A DNA stretch of 64,000 bases from an uncultured delta proteobacterium (GTDB lineage: Bacteria; Desulfobacterota; Desulfobacteria; Desulfobacterales; Desulfatirhabdiaceae), in contig CAWBKP010000013.1 in NCBI GenBank assembly GCA_963789395.1, positions 96,001 through 160,000 on the forward strand, in the 5' to 3' direction. The number at the start of each line of letters is the position of its first letter. The stretch's first letter is position 1. A program made the position numbers and the translations under genes. This document shows positions 27,319-36,598 of this stretch, piece after piece. Under the pieces are notes generated by a model. That model searched no databases, had not been told where the DNA came from, and saw only the letters and a program-made list of their open reading frames with translations.

Positions 27319-29776
27319 TTAGTCCGACAGCCCTTTCTTCAATTTGGCTTCCATTTGGGCCTTGTCCACATCGTCTTTGCCGGCGGCATTGACTTCGGTC
27401 AGTGCGATCGTCACCTTGTCGATCTTCCCGGTAAACTTGAACGGCACCTTGTAGGCTTCGGTGACAGGCGTTCCCTCATCCGCGCCCACATCCGCCCCTT
27501 CATCCCCCGAAAATGCACAGCACTGGGTTTGATCGATCCGACCCGCGGCGACCTTCTTGCCGTTGACAAAGAGCGTTCCCATGCCGCCCTTGCCGACGCC
27601 GCCGCCGTCATAGGCGAACTCGAAACGAAGGTTCACCTTCCCTGCAGGCAATGCCTGCTGGGATGCCACCGTATACCGTTGCAATCCAAGCCAGTTGTAG
27701 GTGTAGGATGGTTTGCCGTCCTTGACATAGAGGCTCCAGCCGCCGAATCGTCCGGCCTGGGCGAGGATCACGCCGCTGGCACCTTTTTTCGGGACTTCCA
27801 ACTCAGCGGTGATCGTATGCGACCGGTTCTTCACGTTGATGAAGACGTTCTCCGACATGCCGACCATCCCCTGGTAAACGGTCAGGGAGGTTCGGCCGGC
27901 CATCAGGTCGGGGCGCCCGACAAGGGCAGCGTTGAAACGTTCCAATGTCCGGTCATCGATGGGCAGCACGGAGTACTTGACCGCTTCCTTCATGAAAAGG
28001 TCCTGCATCTCTTTGAGCTTCTCCGGGTTTTTAGCAGCCAGATCATTGGCCAGGCTGAAATCCGTCCGCGTGTCGTACAATTCCCATTTGTCGTTTTCAA
28101 GCGTCGTGCGGGGCTTGAATTCCCAGGGCGCGCGATGGACCGTGCCGGCCAGCCAGCCGTCATTGTAAATGGCCCGGTTGCCGAAGATCTCGAAGTACTG
28201 GGTCGTATGCCGGCTCGGCGCCATGGCATCCGCAAAGGTGTAAACCATGCTCACCCCCTCAATGGGGGTCTGGGGTGTTCCGTCCACGATCTTCGGCTCC
28301 GGAAGGCCGGCCGCCTCCAGGATCGTGGGTGCAATGTCGATGACATGGTGCCACTGCGAGCGCAGCTCGCCCCTGGCCGTGATGCCCTTGGGCCAGTGGA
28401 TCACCATTCCGTTGCGGGTGCCGCCGTAGTTCGAAGCCACCTGCTTCGTCCATGTGAATGGCGTATCCCCGGCAACCGCCCAGCCGGCGGCATAATGGGG
28501 ATAGGTCGTCGGGCCGCCGAGTTCGTCATAATGCTTCAGGATATCCGAAACAGTTTCGTGAACGCCGTTAAAATAGGTATTCTCGTTGAAGAGTCCGGTC
28601 ATGCCGCCTTCGGCACTTGCCCCGTTATCGCCGACGATGTAGAAGATCAGCGTGTTATCGAGTTGGCCCGTATCCTGGATCGCCTGAATCAGCCTTCCGA
28701 TCTCCGTGTCGGCATACTCGCCGAAACCCGCATAAACCTCCATCTGGTGCGCGAAGAGCTTTTTTTCATCCGGGCTCAGCGTGTTCCAGTCCTTGATTGC
28801 TTCCGGCTTGGGTGCCAGTTTCGTACCTGGCGGCACCACGCCCAATTTAATCTGACGCGCCAGCGTTTCCTCGCGCAGCTTGTCCCAGCCCTGATCGAAC
28901 TTGCCCTTATATTTGGCGATCCACTCCTTGGGCACGTGGTGAGGCGCATGCGTAGCGCCGGGCGCAAAGTAGACGAAAAACGGCTTGTCCGGTGTCAGCG
29001 ATTTCTCTGCTTGCACCCATTTGATCGCCTGATTGGTCATGTCGGTCATGAAGTTGTAGTTCGGGTCATGCGACGGCTCGACCTGCGTCATCCCGTCATA
29101 GATCAGCGGCGCCCACTGGTTGGTCTCGCCGCCCATGAAACCGTAGAATTTATCAAAACCTGAACGGGTCGGCCAGCGGTCGGTCGGTCCGGAAGGACTG
29201 ACTTCCCAAGCCGCGGTTTCGTGGGACTTTTCCCGAAAGCGGCGGTGCTGTAACCGTTTAACCGCAGCATCTCCGCCAGCGGCGCGACGCTGTTCGGCCG
29301 CTGCCCGGTTTTCCGGGAAACGCCGTGGAGGTCTCCGCGATGGAACCGATGTTGTTCATGTGATGGTTGCGGCCGCTGAGCAGCGCGGTACGGGTCGGAG
29401 AGCAAAGCGCCGTGGTGTGAAACTCGTTGTAGCGCAGCCCGGCGTTGGCCAAGCGGTCCACCGTGGGCATATGGATAGGTCCACCGAAGGCGCTTGACTG
29501 GCCGAACCCCATGTCATCAATCAGCACGATAAGTACGTTGGGAGCATTGGCCGGTGCTTTGACCACGAACCGCGGCGGCGGTGTGGCGTTTCGGACATCG
29601 AACACGGTACTGTGTGGATACTGGGGTTCCGGGATCGGCAGCACCGTCCGGTCGGTCGGCAGTACCACCTGCGCGGGGGCTGCTTCCTGGGCGGTGACAG
29701 GCGCCGTGGTCAGCAGGGCCAGCATGAGCATCAAAGACAGGCTGAATGCGGTTTTCAGAAGTTTGAATCTTTCCAT
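27319..29776 (-). CDS. Arylsulfatase (Cys-type formylglycine); frameshifts near 29310 and 29225
   Basis: Signal peptide, PNVLIVLIDDMG, CSPTR motif, GKS(H), GATHAPH and GDNG. Confidence 0.92.
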
Positions 29777-29859
29777 GATTTCATCTCCATTCTTTTTTAT
29801 ATAAAATAGATTTTCATCCTTCGTTGTGCCGGCGCCGGGCATGGGGGATAGTGATGATA

Positions 29860-30020
29860 TAACCTGGTCAAGAAAAAATGGACACTTTCGTTAAGCGCCT
29901 TTCATTAAAACCCACGATTCCTCAAATTCTTTTGAGCTGAGATAACCCAGATAGGAGTGACACCTTTTGCAGCTGTTAAACTTTTCTGGTTACTCGCTAT
30001 TGTTTTTAAGTGTCCTACTC
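29860..30020 (-). mobile_element. Internally deleted IS3-family remnant
   Basis: The minus strand reads KRCHSYLGYLSSKEFEE*, matching an IS3 transposase C-terminus. GGACACTT-type inverted ends lie on both sides. Confidence 0.6.
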
Positions 30021-30524
30021 GAAATCAATAAAAACATGTCAGAAAATGTCAATAATTATCAAACATTCAAAAGTATTTTTCGGGATATTAATTCAACCAT
30101 TTTTGCATACTAAGCATGAGTCTGGCCTTCTTTAAAGATACGGAAGGTATTTATCAGTAAAGTGACCTGTGAATATTTCTGCTTAGGATAACCTATCATA
30201 AAGTTGAGGCAGTTGTGTCATCCTGAATTCATAAGCCCCTTTCATTTTTGCTGGTATAGTGCTTATGACATTGCCCAGTTTTTTGGGACCTCCGCTATTG
30301 ACTATTTATTATTATCTTTTCCGTCCTGCATAATCCCATGCATCTCGATAGGTTTTTATAAAAAAGCAATCACCATTGCCTTTCGTTTCTCCCTGCAGGG
30401 TTAATTGAATGTGGAGGGGACACCATCGTAAAAGCGTAATCAGATGCTTTTAAAGCCAATATTACTTGCAGCACCAACCTACCTTGATCGTGTGGAATTT
30501 TCCATATGGCTAACACCTCCGTTT

Positions 30525-32405
30525 TCAAACTACCTCACCATCATCGAAGTAGCACTCAAGTTTGAGCCCTTCGGACCCAAACTGACTTTTCACGGGATAA
30601 GGGAGCGATCTGAATAAGTTGATCATTTTTTTATTTTGCGGGTTTGTGTAGGCAATCAGTCCCGCGATACCGTTTTCCTTGGCAGCCTTGGCTAATTTCG
30701 CGATAATCCGTCGGGCGATACCTTTTCCCTGATATTTCCTGTTGACTGAAAACGCCACCTCAGACATGTTCAATTCGGGCAGATACATGCTTTCACCAAC
30801 GGCGATTACCCGACCGAAACCAAACTCGCCTACCAGCGCAAGAATTGTCAGATCCTTTATATAGTCGATTTTGCTCCGCTGCTCGGTTTCTGGTAGACCA
30901 AAAATGGTTTTTTCATTAAAAAAACGGGAAAGGATGTCTTCCTTCTCAAGATTGTAGTAATGCTCCTGAATTCGCCGGTCATCGACAGGTTTGGATGGGC
31001 GGATGGTAACCGAAATGCCCTCTGTTTCCATGACTTCTTCCATCCTAACTGGATACACACCTCGGACCGCTTCCCCTAAAGATCGGTCGGCCCCGATGAG
31101 TCCTCTTTCTTTCGCAGCATCGAAAAGCTGCTGCCGAAAATCCGGGTGAGCGATTTCAATCATGGCCATGGCCCGTTCCTGAAAGCTTTTCCCAAAAAGG
31201 TTGACCACGCCGTATTCGGTTACAACATATTGAGCATCCCCACGGGGTACCACGCAGGCTGCATCATCCAGGTTGGGAACAATCCGGCTTTGACTGCCAT
31301 CCTCGGAGGTGCTCAGCAAAATCATGATCGATTTACCGCCTGCAGATCTTCTGGAACCCTGGACGAAATCAGAAATCCCGGTTATACCCGTGAAATAAGT
31401 GCGAGCCGAGGACTCTGCCGTCACCTGACCCGTTAAATCGATAGCATGAGCCGAATTCATCGATATCATCCGGTGATGCTGGCTAATGATGAACGGATCA
31501 TTCACGTAATTGGAGGGATGAAAATCCACCGCAGGATTGTCATTGATGAATTCATAAAGGTTCGTCGATCCGATGGCGGCAGATGCAACGATTTTTCCTT
31601 CGTTGAGTCCTTTTTTCCGATTGTTGATGATCCCCATGGAATAAAGATGCATGATGTCATCGGTAATATACTGGGAATGAATCCCCAAGTCGTTTTTGTC
31701 GGATAGAGCATTCAGAGCTGCCTTTGATGCGGCATCAAGCCCGATTTGAAGCGTTGCACCATCCTCAATCAGCCGTCCAATGTGTTCCCCGATCCGGGAT
31801 GTGGCGTCGGACTGGGTTTGAGGTAGAACAGAGATAACATCTTCTTCGTGTTCGACAATGATATCCACATCATTCATATGGATGAAGCTTTGTCCCAATA
31901 CCCGAGGCATTCGTGGATTCACTTGAGCAATGACGATATCTGCTGAATTAGCGGCAGCCAATGTTACATCCACGGATACCCCCAGACTCATCCAGCCAAA
32001 GTCATCCGGTGGACTCGTCTGAATCAGTGCGACATCGATCGGAAGTTTTCGGCTTAAAAACAAATCCGGCACTTCGGACAAGTTAAGCGGGGTGATGAAA
32101 CGGCGGGTCGGAATCATGGACCCGTCTCTGGCAGCACCAAGGTAAATAATCCGGACAGTTCGGCTGTACATTTCAGCTTTACGGGAAAGATCTGCCATGG
32201 CAGGCGTTTCAAAACTCATCAATCGGACAAGTTCCAAGCCTGTCAGGCCTCCGCCCGTTTCGTTCAGTGCGCGAACAAGTTCCTGGGGCTCTCCGCAGGC
32301 CGAACCTATAAAAATCCGCTGCCCTGAACAAATCTTCTTAATGGCCTCAGATGCTTTCAGACGTTTATTCAAATAACTGTCTGCCCAATATAATGACGCT
32401 TTCAC
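30525..32405 (-). CDS. Acetyl-CoA hydrolase/transferase-like domain fused to a GNAT acetyltransferase
   Basis: DVALIQTSPPDDFG, AQVNPRMPR, DLTGQV, VVTEYG and IAHPDFR, followed by the GNAT motif YQGKGIA. Confidence 0.88.
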   Translation of the reverse strand: MKASLYWADSYLNKRLKASEAIKKICSGQRIFIGSACGEPQELVRALNETGGGLTGLELVRLMSFETPAMADLSRKAEMYSRTVRIIYLGAARDGSMIPTRRFITPLNLSEVPDLFLSRKLPIDVALIQTSPPDDFGWMSLGVSVDVTLAAANSADIVIAQVNPRMPRVLGQSFIHMNDVDIIVEHEEDVISVLPQTQSDATSRIGEHIGRLIEDGATLQIGLDAASKAALNALSDKNDLGIHSQYITDDIMHLYSMGIINNRKKGLNEGKIVASAAIGSTNLYEFINDNPAVDFHPSNYVNDPFIISQHHRMISMNSAHAIDLTGQVTAESSARTYFTGITGISDFVQGSRRSAGGKSIMILLSTSEDGSQSRIVPNLDDAACVVPRGDAQYVVTEYGVVNLFGKSFQERAMAMIEIAHPDFRQQLFDAAKERGLIGADRSLGEAVRGVYPVRMEEVMETEGISVTIRPSKPVDDRRIQEHYYNLEKEDILSRFFNEKTIFGLPETEQRSKIDYIKDLTILALVGEFGFGRVIAVGESMYLPELNMSEVAFSVNRKYQGKGIARRIIAKLAKAAKENGIAGLIAYTNPQNKKMINLFRSLPYPVKSQFGSEGLKLECYFDDGEVV

Positions 32406-32699
32406 GCAATTTTCCTTTCAATTATACATCGTCTCAATATCGAAGAGATATTCCTTTTCAAGGCGCTTGTGGCGCACATAACTTGCATATATGCTTGAGT
32501 ATTTATTTCCGGATTTTTATTCATGAATATTTCTGGTATGGTTAACAATATCCTATCTGACCGGTGGTCGTCAAAACATTAGATCAACCCAATGAGCAAA
32601 GGAGCATCATTCCGGAAATCTAAATTTGTCCCCGGAAATCCCCTGAGAAGATTCGTTTTTAAATTGAATAACATCGGCAGAAATAGCGGAGAGGTTATC

Positions 32700-33512
32700 A
32701 TGCTGAAGCAAAAAAGTTCTAAAAATCAAGCCCAAATTGTCTATTTCTCCCACGGAGGCGGCCCCTTGCCAATTCTCGGAGATGCCAGCCACAAAGCGAT
32801 GGTTGATTTTATGCAGCAGCTTCCATCCCGGCTAAGGAAACCCGATACAATCCTCGTCATCAGCGCCCATTGGGAAGAAAGCACAGCAACGCTGTTAAGC
32901 GCGAATGCTCCTCCGATGTTCTACGATTATTACGGTTTCCCTGAAGAAACCTATGAAATCATTTATCCAGCTCCCGGAAGCCCCGAACTTGCGAAGAGGA
33001 TAGCCGGCTTACTGCTGAAGCATAATATATCGGCTCGCCTCGACCCTCAGCGGGGATTTGACCATGGCTTATTCATCCCGCTGAAACTGATGTACCCTCA
33101 GGCTGATATTCCATCACTGCAACTTTCGCTGTTGCGCGGTCTTGATCCGACGGCACATATTGCCATCGGCAAAGCGTTGCGGGAATTGAGGAGTGAGAAT
33201 ATCCTGGTGATTGGGTCCGGGTTTTCATTCCATAACATGAGAGCATTTTCCCGGCAGGGAATTGACTCGCCGGATCCCGCCAATGAAGCCTTCCAGGATT
33301 GGCTGATTGAAGTATGTACTGGCCCGATATCCCAGTCTGAGCGGGAACAACTTTTGATCGCGTGGCAGAAAGCTCCTTCGGCCCGGTACTGTCACCCTCG
33401 CGAAGAGCATTTAATGCCACTTCATGTCTGTCTGGGTATGGCGGAAAAACCCGCTTCAACGATTTTTGATGCCGCCATCCTGGGCAAACGCGGAGTTGCA
33501 TTTTTGTGGTGA
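32700..33512 (+). CDS. LigB/DODA-type extradiol dioxygenase family protein
   Basis: SHGGGP, ISAHWE, YDYYGFP, RGFDHG, GSGFSFHN and HPREEHLMPL. Confidence 0.9.
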   Translation: MLKQKSSKNQAQIVYFSHGGGPLPILGDASHKAMVDFMQQLPSRLRKPDTILVISAHWEESTATLLSANAPPMFYDYYGFPEETYEIIYPAPGSPELAKRIAGLLLKHNISARLDPQRGFDHGLFIPLKLMYPQADIPSLQLSLLRGLDPTAHIAIGKALRELRSENILVIGSGFSFHNMRAFSRQGIDSPDPANEAFQDWLIEVCTGPISQSEREQLLIAWQKAPSARYCHPREEHLMPLHVCLGMAEKPASTIFDAAILGKRGVAFLW

Positions 33513-33543
33513 GAAAAAAGAACACACACACAAAGCAATCGAC

Positions 33544-33600
33544 GCCAAACAAGGTCATTGCACCCGCGCGCTGATGCGCCCGGTGAATTACATGTTGACG
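33544..33600 (+). other. attC-like site
   Basis: R'' GCCAAAC, L'' ATTGCACC, L' GGTGAAT, a 5-bp spacer, and R' GTTGACG. Lies just after a stop codon. Confidence 0.5.
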
Positions 33601-33656
33601 CATGAAATCGATTTGACACAATTTTCAATGTGGATTAATTTAACCATAAAAACCAC

Positions 33657-33788
33657 ATGAGCCTCTTGCAAAACACCTTCCGCCTCTTCCGTCATACCGG
33701 CGAAAGCCGGTATCCAGTGATATCAAATGCTTCGTCACCCCGGTATTCACCGGGGTGACGAACAGTGGTTCTCTTGCAAGAGGCTCAT
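33657..33788. mobile_element. MITE-like element with 15-bp terminal inverted repeats and internal REP-like hairpins
   Basis: ATGAGCCTCTTGCAA ... TTGCAAGAGGCTCAT, enclosing two internal palindromes. Confidence 0.7.
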
Positions 33789-33994
33789 ACTATAACGATT
33801 TGTTATGAAAGCTATTCTGATGGCCCTTGATGATGATCCTGTAACAGTGGTGGATCGCGTTGCAAAAAAAATACCCCCCTCTGAGGTATTTTTCTCGAAA
33901 GCCGACGGCATCCGTAAAATGTTCGGGCGTTTAATGAAAAACCTTTCGTTTGCCATTCACTTAGCCGAATGGGCGTCATGAGCAGGAGGAAGCA

Positions 33995-34381
33995 ATGACA
34001 GTCAGCATCGTCAGACTTGGCACTGCGCGAACAGAAGGAGAGGGAATTCGCATCGGAACTGTTCGTCGTCCGCCAAGGGGGGTTCCAAAGTCCGAGTTCG
34101 CATCGAAAAATTGGTACGACGTGTGGTTTCCAAATCTGGCTCCGAGCGTTGAAACCATGAAGCTCGGGCAAGAGGCAAATACGCCTGCACAGTGGGCTGC
34201 TTTCTTCAAGAAGTACCGTGCCGAGATGGCAACTCCAGAAAACAGCCGGACACTTGATCTGCTGGCGGTCCTTTCCCATGAAAGCAATTTCTCTGTCGGG
34301 TGCTACTGCAAGAATGAAGTAAACTGTCATCGGTCGGTGCTGAGAGCACTATTGGCCGAGAGGGGCGCAAAGATCGCATGA
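33995..34381 (+). CDS. DUF488 family protein
   Basis: VRRPPRGVPK, WFPNLAPS, KKYRAEM and CHRSVL. Confidence 0.85.
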   Translation: MTVSIVRLGTARTEGEGIRIGTVRRPPRGVPKSEFASKNWYDVWFPNLAPSVETMKLGQEANTPAQWAAFFKKYRAEMATPENSRTLDLLAVLSHESNFSVGCYCKNEVNCHRSVLRALLAERGAKIA

Positions 34382-34486
34382 GCCATGCCCGACCAATCGA
34401 GCATGGCATGGCGAGGCGAGTTCAGGTGCGCCGGCAGTTAGTTCAAATTGCATTGTATCCCTCATATTCTTAATAAGGAGCATGAT

Positions 34487-34897
34487 ATGAATGTACTACA
34501 CTGGCAGGACTGTGAAGATGTCAAAATAGAAAAATTTCCATATAAGGGCAAGCAGAATGCGGTCATCGGCACCAGCATCCGATGGCTTTCGAAACAGGGA
34601 GACGACGGCCATGGCAGTCCGAATTACGGACTGAGATATTTTACGATTCAGCCAGGTGGTCAGATTCCCATCCACAATCATTTCTACAGCCAGACCATGT
34701 ATATTCTGTCCGGCCGGTTCGAGTGCTGGCAGTTCGACCCGCAAACGGATGAAAAGGTCAAAATAGAGATCTGCGGTCCCGGGTGTGCCATTTATCTGCC
34801 CAGCATGGAGCCGCATGGGATGAGAAATATCAGCGACGAACCGGGTGCGTTTCTCTGTTGCATCTGCAACCTTTATGATGAGGTGGAAAGCGTCTGA
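34487..34897 (+). CDS. Cupin domain protein
   Basis: RYFTIQPGG, HNH and EPHGMRN. Confidence 0.85.
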   Translation: MNVLHWQDCEDVKIEKFPYKGKQNAVIGTSIRWLSKQGDDGHGSPNYGLRYFTIQPGGQIPIHNHFYSQTMYILSGRFECWQFDPQTDEKVKIEICGPGCAIYLPSMEPHGMRNISDEPGAFLCCICNLYDEVESV

Positions 34898-34907
34898 GAA
34901 TATCGTG

Positions 34908-35624
34908 ATGCTGCGAAGCAAATCTCAAAGTATTGTTCGAAGGGTTGCCGGGCTGGCAGTGCGGCTGGCGGTCGGCTTGTTCGTGATCTCCCTGGTCGCG
35001 GTGCTTGTCTTGAGGGTTGTTCCGCCCGTGTTCAGTGCGTTTATGGTTGAGAGGTTCTGCAGCGGTCTCTTTGTCTCAGGCAGGCAAGCTGCAATCGCCT
35101 ACCATTGGACCGGTTGGAAAGAGATTTCTCCCCAGTTGGCGCTGGCAGCGGTCGCAGCAGAGGACCAGAAGTTTCCGGACCACTGCGGATTTGACTTCGG
35201 TTCCATAGCGCAGGCGCTGGAAGAAATTGAGGACGGCGGCAGGTTCAGGGGAGCCAGTACGATCAGTCAGCAGGTCGCCAAAAATCTGTTTCTCTGGAAA
35301 GGAAAAAACTTCATCAGAAAGGGTCTGGAGGCGTATTTTACGGTCCTGATGGAAGTTATGTGGCCAAAGAGGCGGATCCTCGAAATCTATTTGAATGTCG
35401 CCGAATTCGGAGACGGGATTTATGGCGCGGCGGCAGCGGCGAATAAATTCTTTGGAAAAGCGCCATCCGAACTGACAAAGAAAGAGTCCGCACTTTTGGC
35501 GGCAGTCCTGCCGAATCCAATCAGGTTCAAGGTGGAAGCCCCATCCGCCTATGTCAAGGAAAGAACGCTGCGAATCGAAAAACAGATGAAAAACCTCGGG
35601 CCGGCATACTTGAAGGATATTTGA
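34908..35624 (+). CDS. mtgA: Monofunctional peptidoglycan transglycosylase
   Basis: AEDQKF, RGASTISQQVAKNLFL, RKGLE and YLNVAEFG. Confidence 0.93.
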   Translation: MLRSKSQSIVRRVAGLAVRLAVGLFVISLVAVLVLRVVPPVFSAFMVERFCSGLFVSGRQAAIAYHWTGWKEISPQLALAAVAAEDQKFPDHCGFDFGSIAQALEEIEDGGRFRGASTISQQVAKNLFLWKGKNFIRKGLEAYFTVLMEVMWPKRRILEIYLNVAEFGDGIYGAAAAANKFFGKAPSELTKKESALLAAVLPNPIRFKVEAPSAYVKERTLRIEKQMKNLGPAYLKDI

Positions 35625-35671
35625 TATGAAGAGGGAAAGTAGATGCTAAAAAATTATTTGAGTCCACTGTC

Positions 35672-36553
35672 ATGAACCAACCAGCCATGAATGCGGAACT
35701 GACCGGTACAGTTTTGCGGGATTACGAAATGTCCGTGAACTGGCGGGATATCATGAATTATTCCGCAGCGATTGGTGACAATAATTCCCGATATTTTGAC
35801 GATGAAAATCCCGATGGAATTATCGCTCACCCGGTTTATCCTGTGGCAGTCACCTGGAATATTATCGGCAATCTGCGGGCGTTTATCCTTTCGGAAAAAT
35901 TCCCCGCGGAGCTGCTTCTGACCCAGGTGCATTATACCGAACACCTGGAAATTCACCGGCCATTATCGCCCGGAATGCAGCTTGTGATTAAAGGCCGAAT
36001 CGCTGCGATACTGCCCCATCGTGCCGGCACGCATGTCGTAATCCGTCTGGATGCACGGGAAAAAGAAGGCGCATCGGTATTCACCGAACATATCGGGGCC
36101 ATGCTTCGCAGTGTTGAATGCATCGGCGGCTCAGGGAAGGAATCGCTTCCCGTTGTCAATAATGCCGGAGATCCAGCCCAACCCTGCTGGGTAAGCACCG
36201 TATCTATAGATCCGCTCATGCCATTTGTTTATGATGGCTGTACCGGGATTGTTTTCCCGATTCACACATCAATGAAATTCGCACGCATGGTCGGTCTTCC
36301 GGGCATTATCCTTCAAGGCACTGCAACGCTTGCCCTTGCTGTTACGCAGCTTGTCAACAGGGAGTTGAACAGCGATCCGGCAAGGGTCAGATCCGTTTCC
36401 TGCCGTTTCACGGGGATGGTTCAGCCGGGCTCTGATATTGCTGTTCGGTTGATTGAAAAAAGAAAAGTTAATGCCGGAACAGACCTGTTCTTCGATGTGT
36501 GCGACGTGAAGGGCGAGCGGGTTATCAGCGGCGGGTGTCTCGTTACCGATTAA
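35672..36553 (+). CDS. MaoC-like double hot-dog dehydratase
   Basis: YSAAIGD, AHPVYPV, PIH...FARMVGLPGIILQG and CRFTGMV. Confidence 0.8.
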   Translation: MNQPAMNAELTGTVLRDYEMSVNWRDIMNYSAAIGDNNSRYFDDENPDGIIAHPVYPVAVTWNIIGNLRAFILSEKFPAELLLTQVHYTEHLEIHRPLSPGMQLVIKGRIAAILPHRAGTHVVIRLDAREKEGASVFTEHIGAMLRSVECIGGSGKESLPVVNNAGDPAQPCWVSTVSIDPLMPFVYDGCTGIVFPIHTSMKFARMVGLPGIILQGTATLALAVTQLVNRELNSDPARVRSVSCRFTGMVQPGSDIAVRLIEKRKVNAGTDLFFDVCDVKGERVISGGCLVTD

Positions 36554-36598
36554 CGCTTTGAAGCAACGCAGCAACGGAAAAAATCTCGGGGGGGATGT

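Noticed and set aside
27229..29163. 644-aa plus-strand ORF
   Set aside because: Antisense shadow of the GC-rich arylsulfatase gene, with no motifs of its own.
32581..32592. AGATCAACCCAA recurring at 61907-61918 (minus strand), with a variant near 43952
   Set aside because: Too short and too few copies to separate from chance without a genome-wide count.
34382..34447. Possible attC after the DUF488 gene, and another after the APC permease near 42378
   Set aside because: Only partial box similarity, with no convincing L''/L' pairing.
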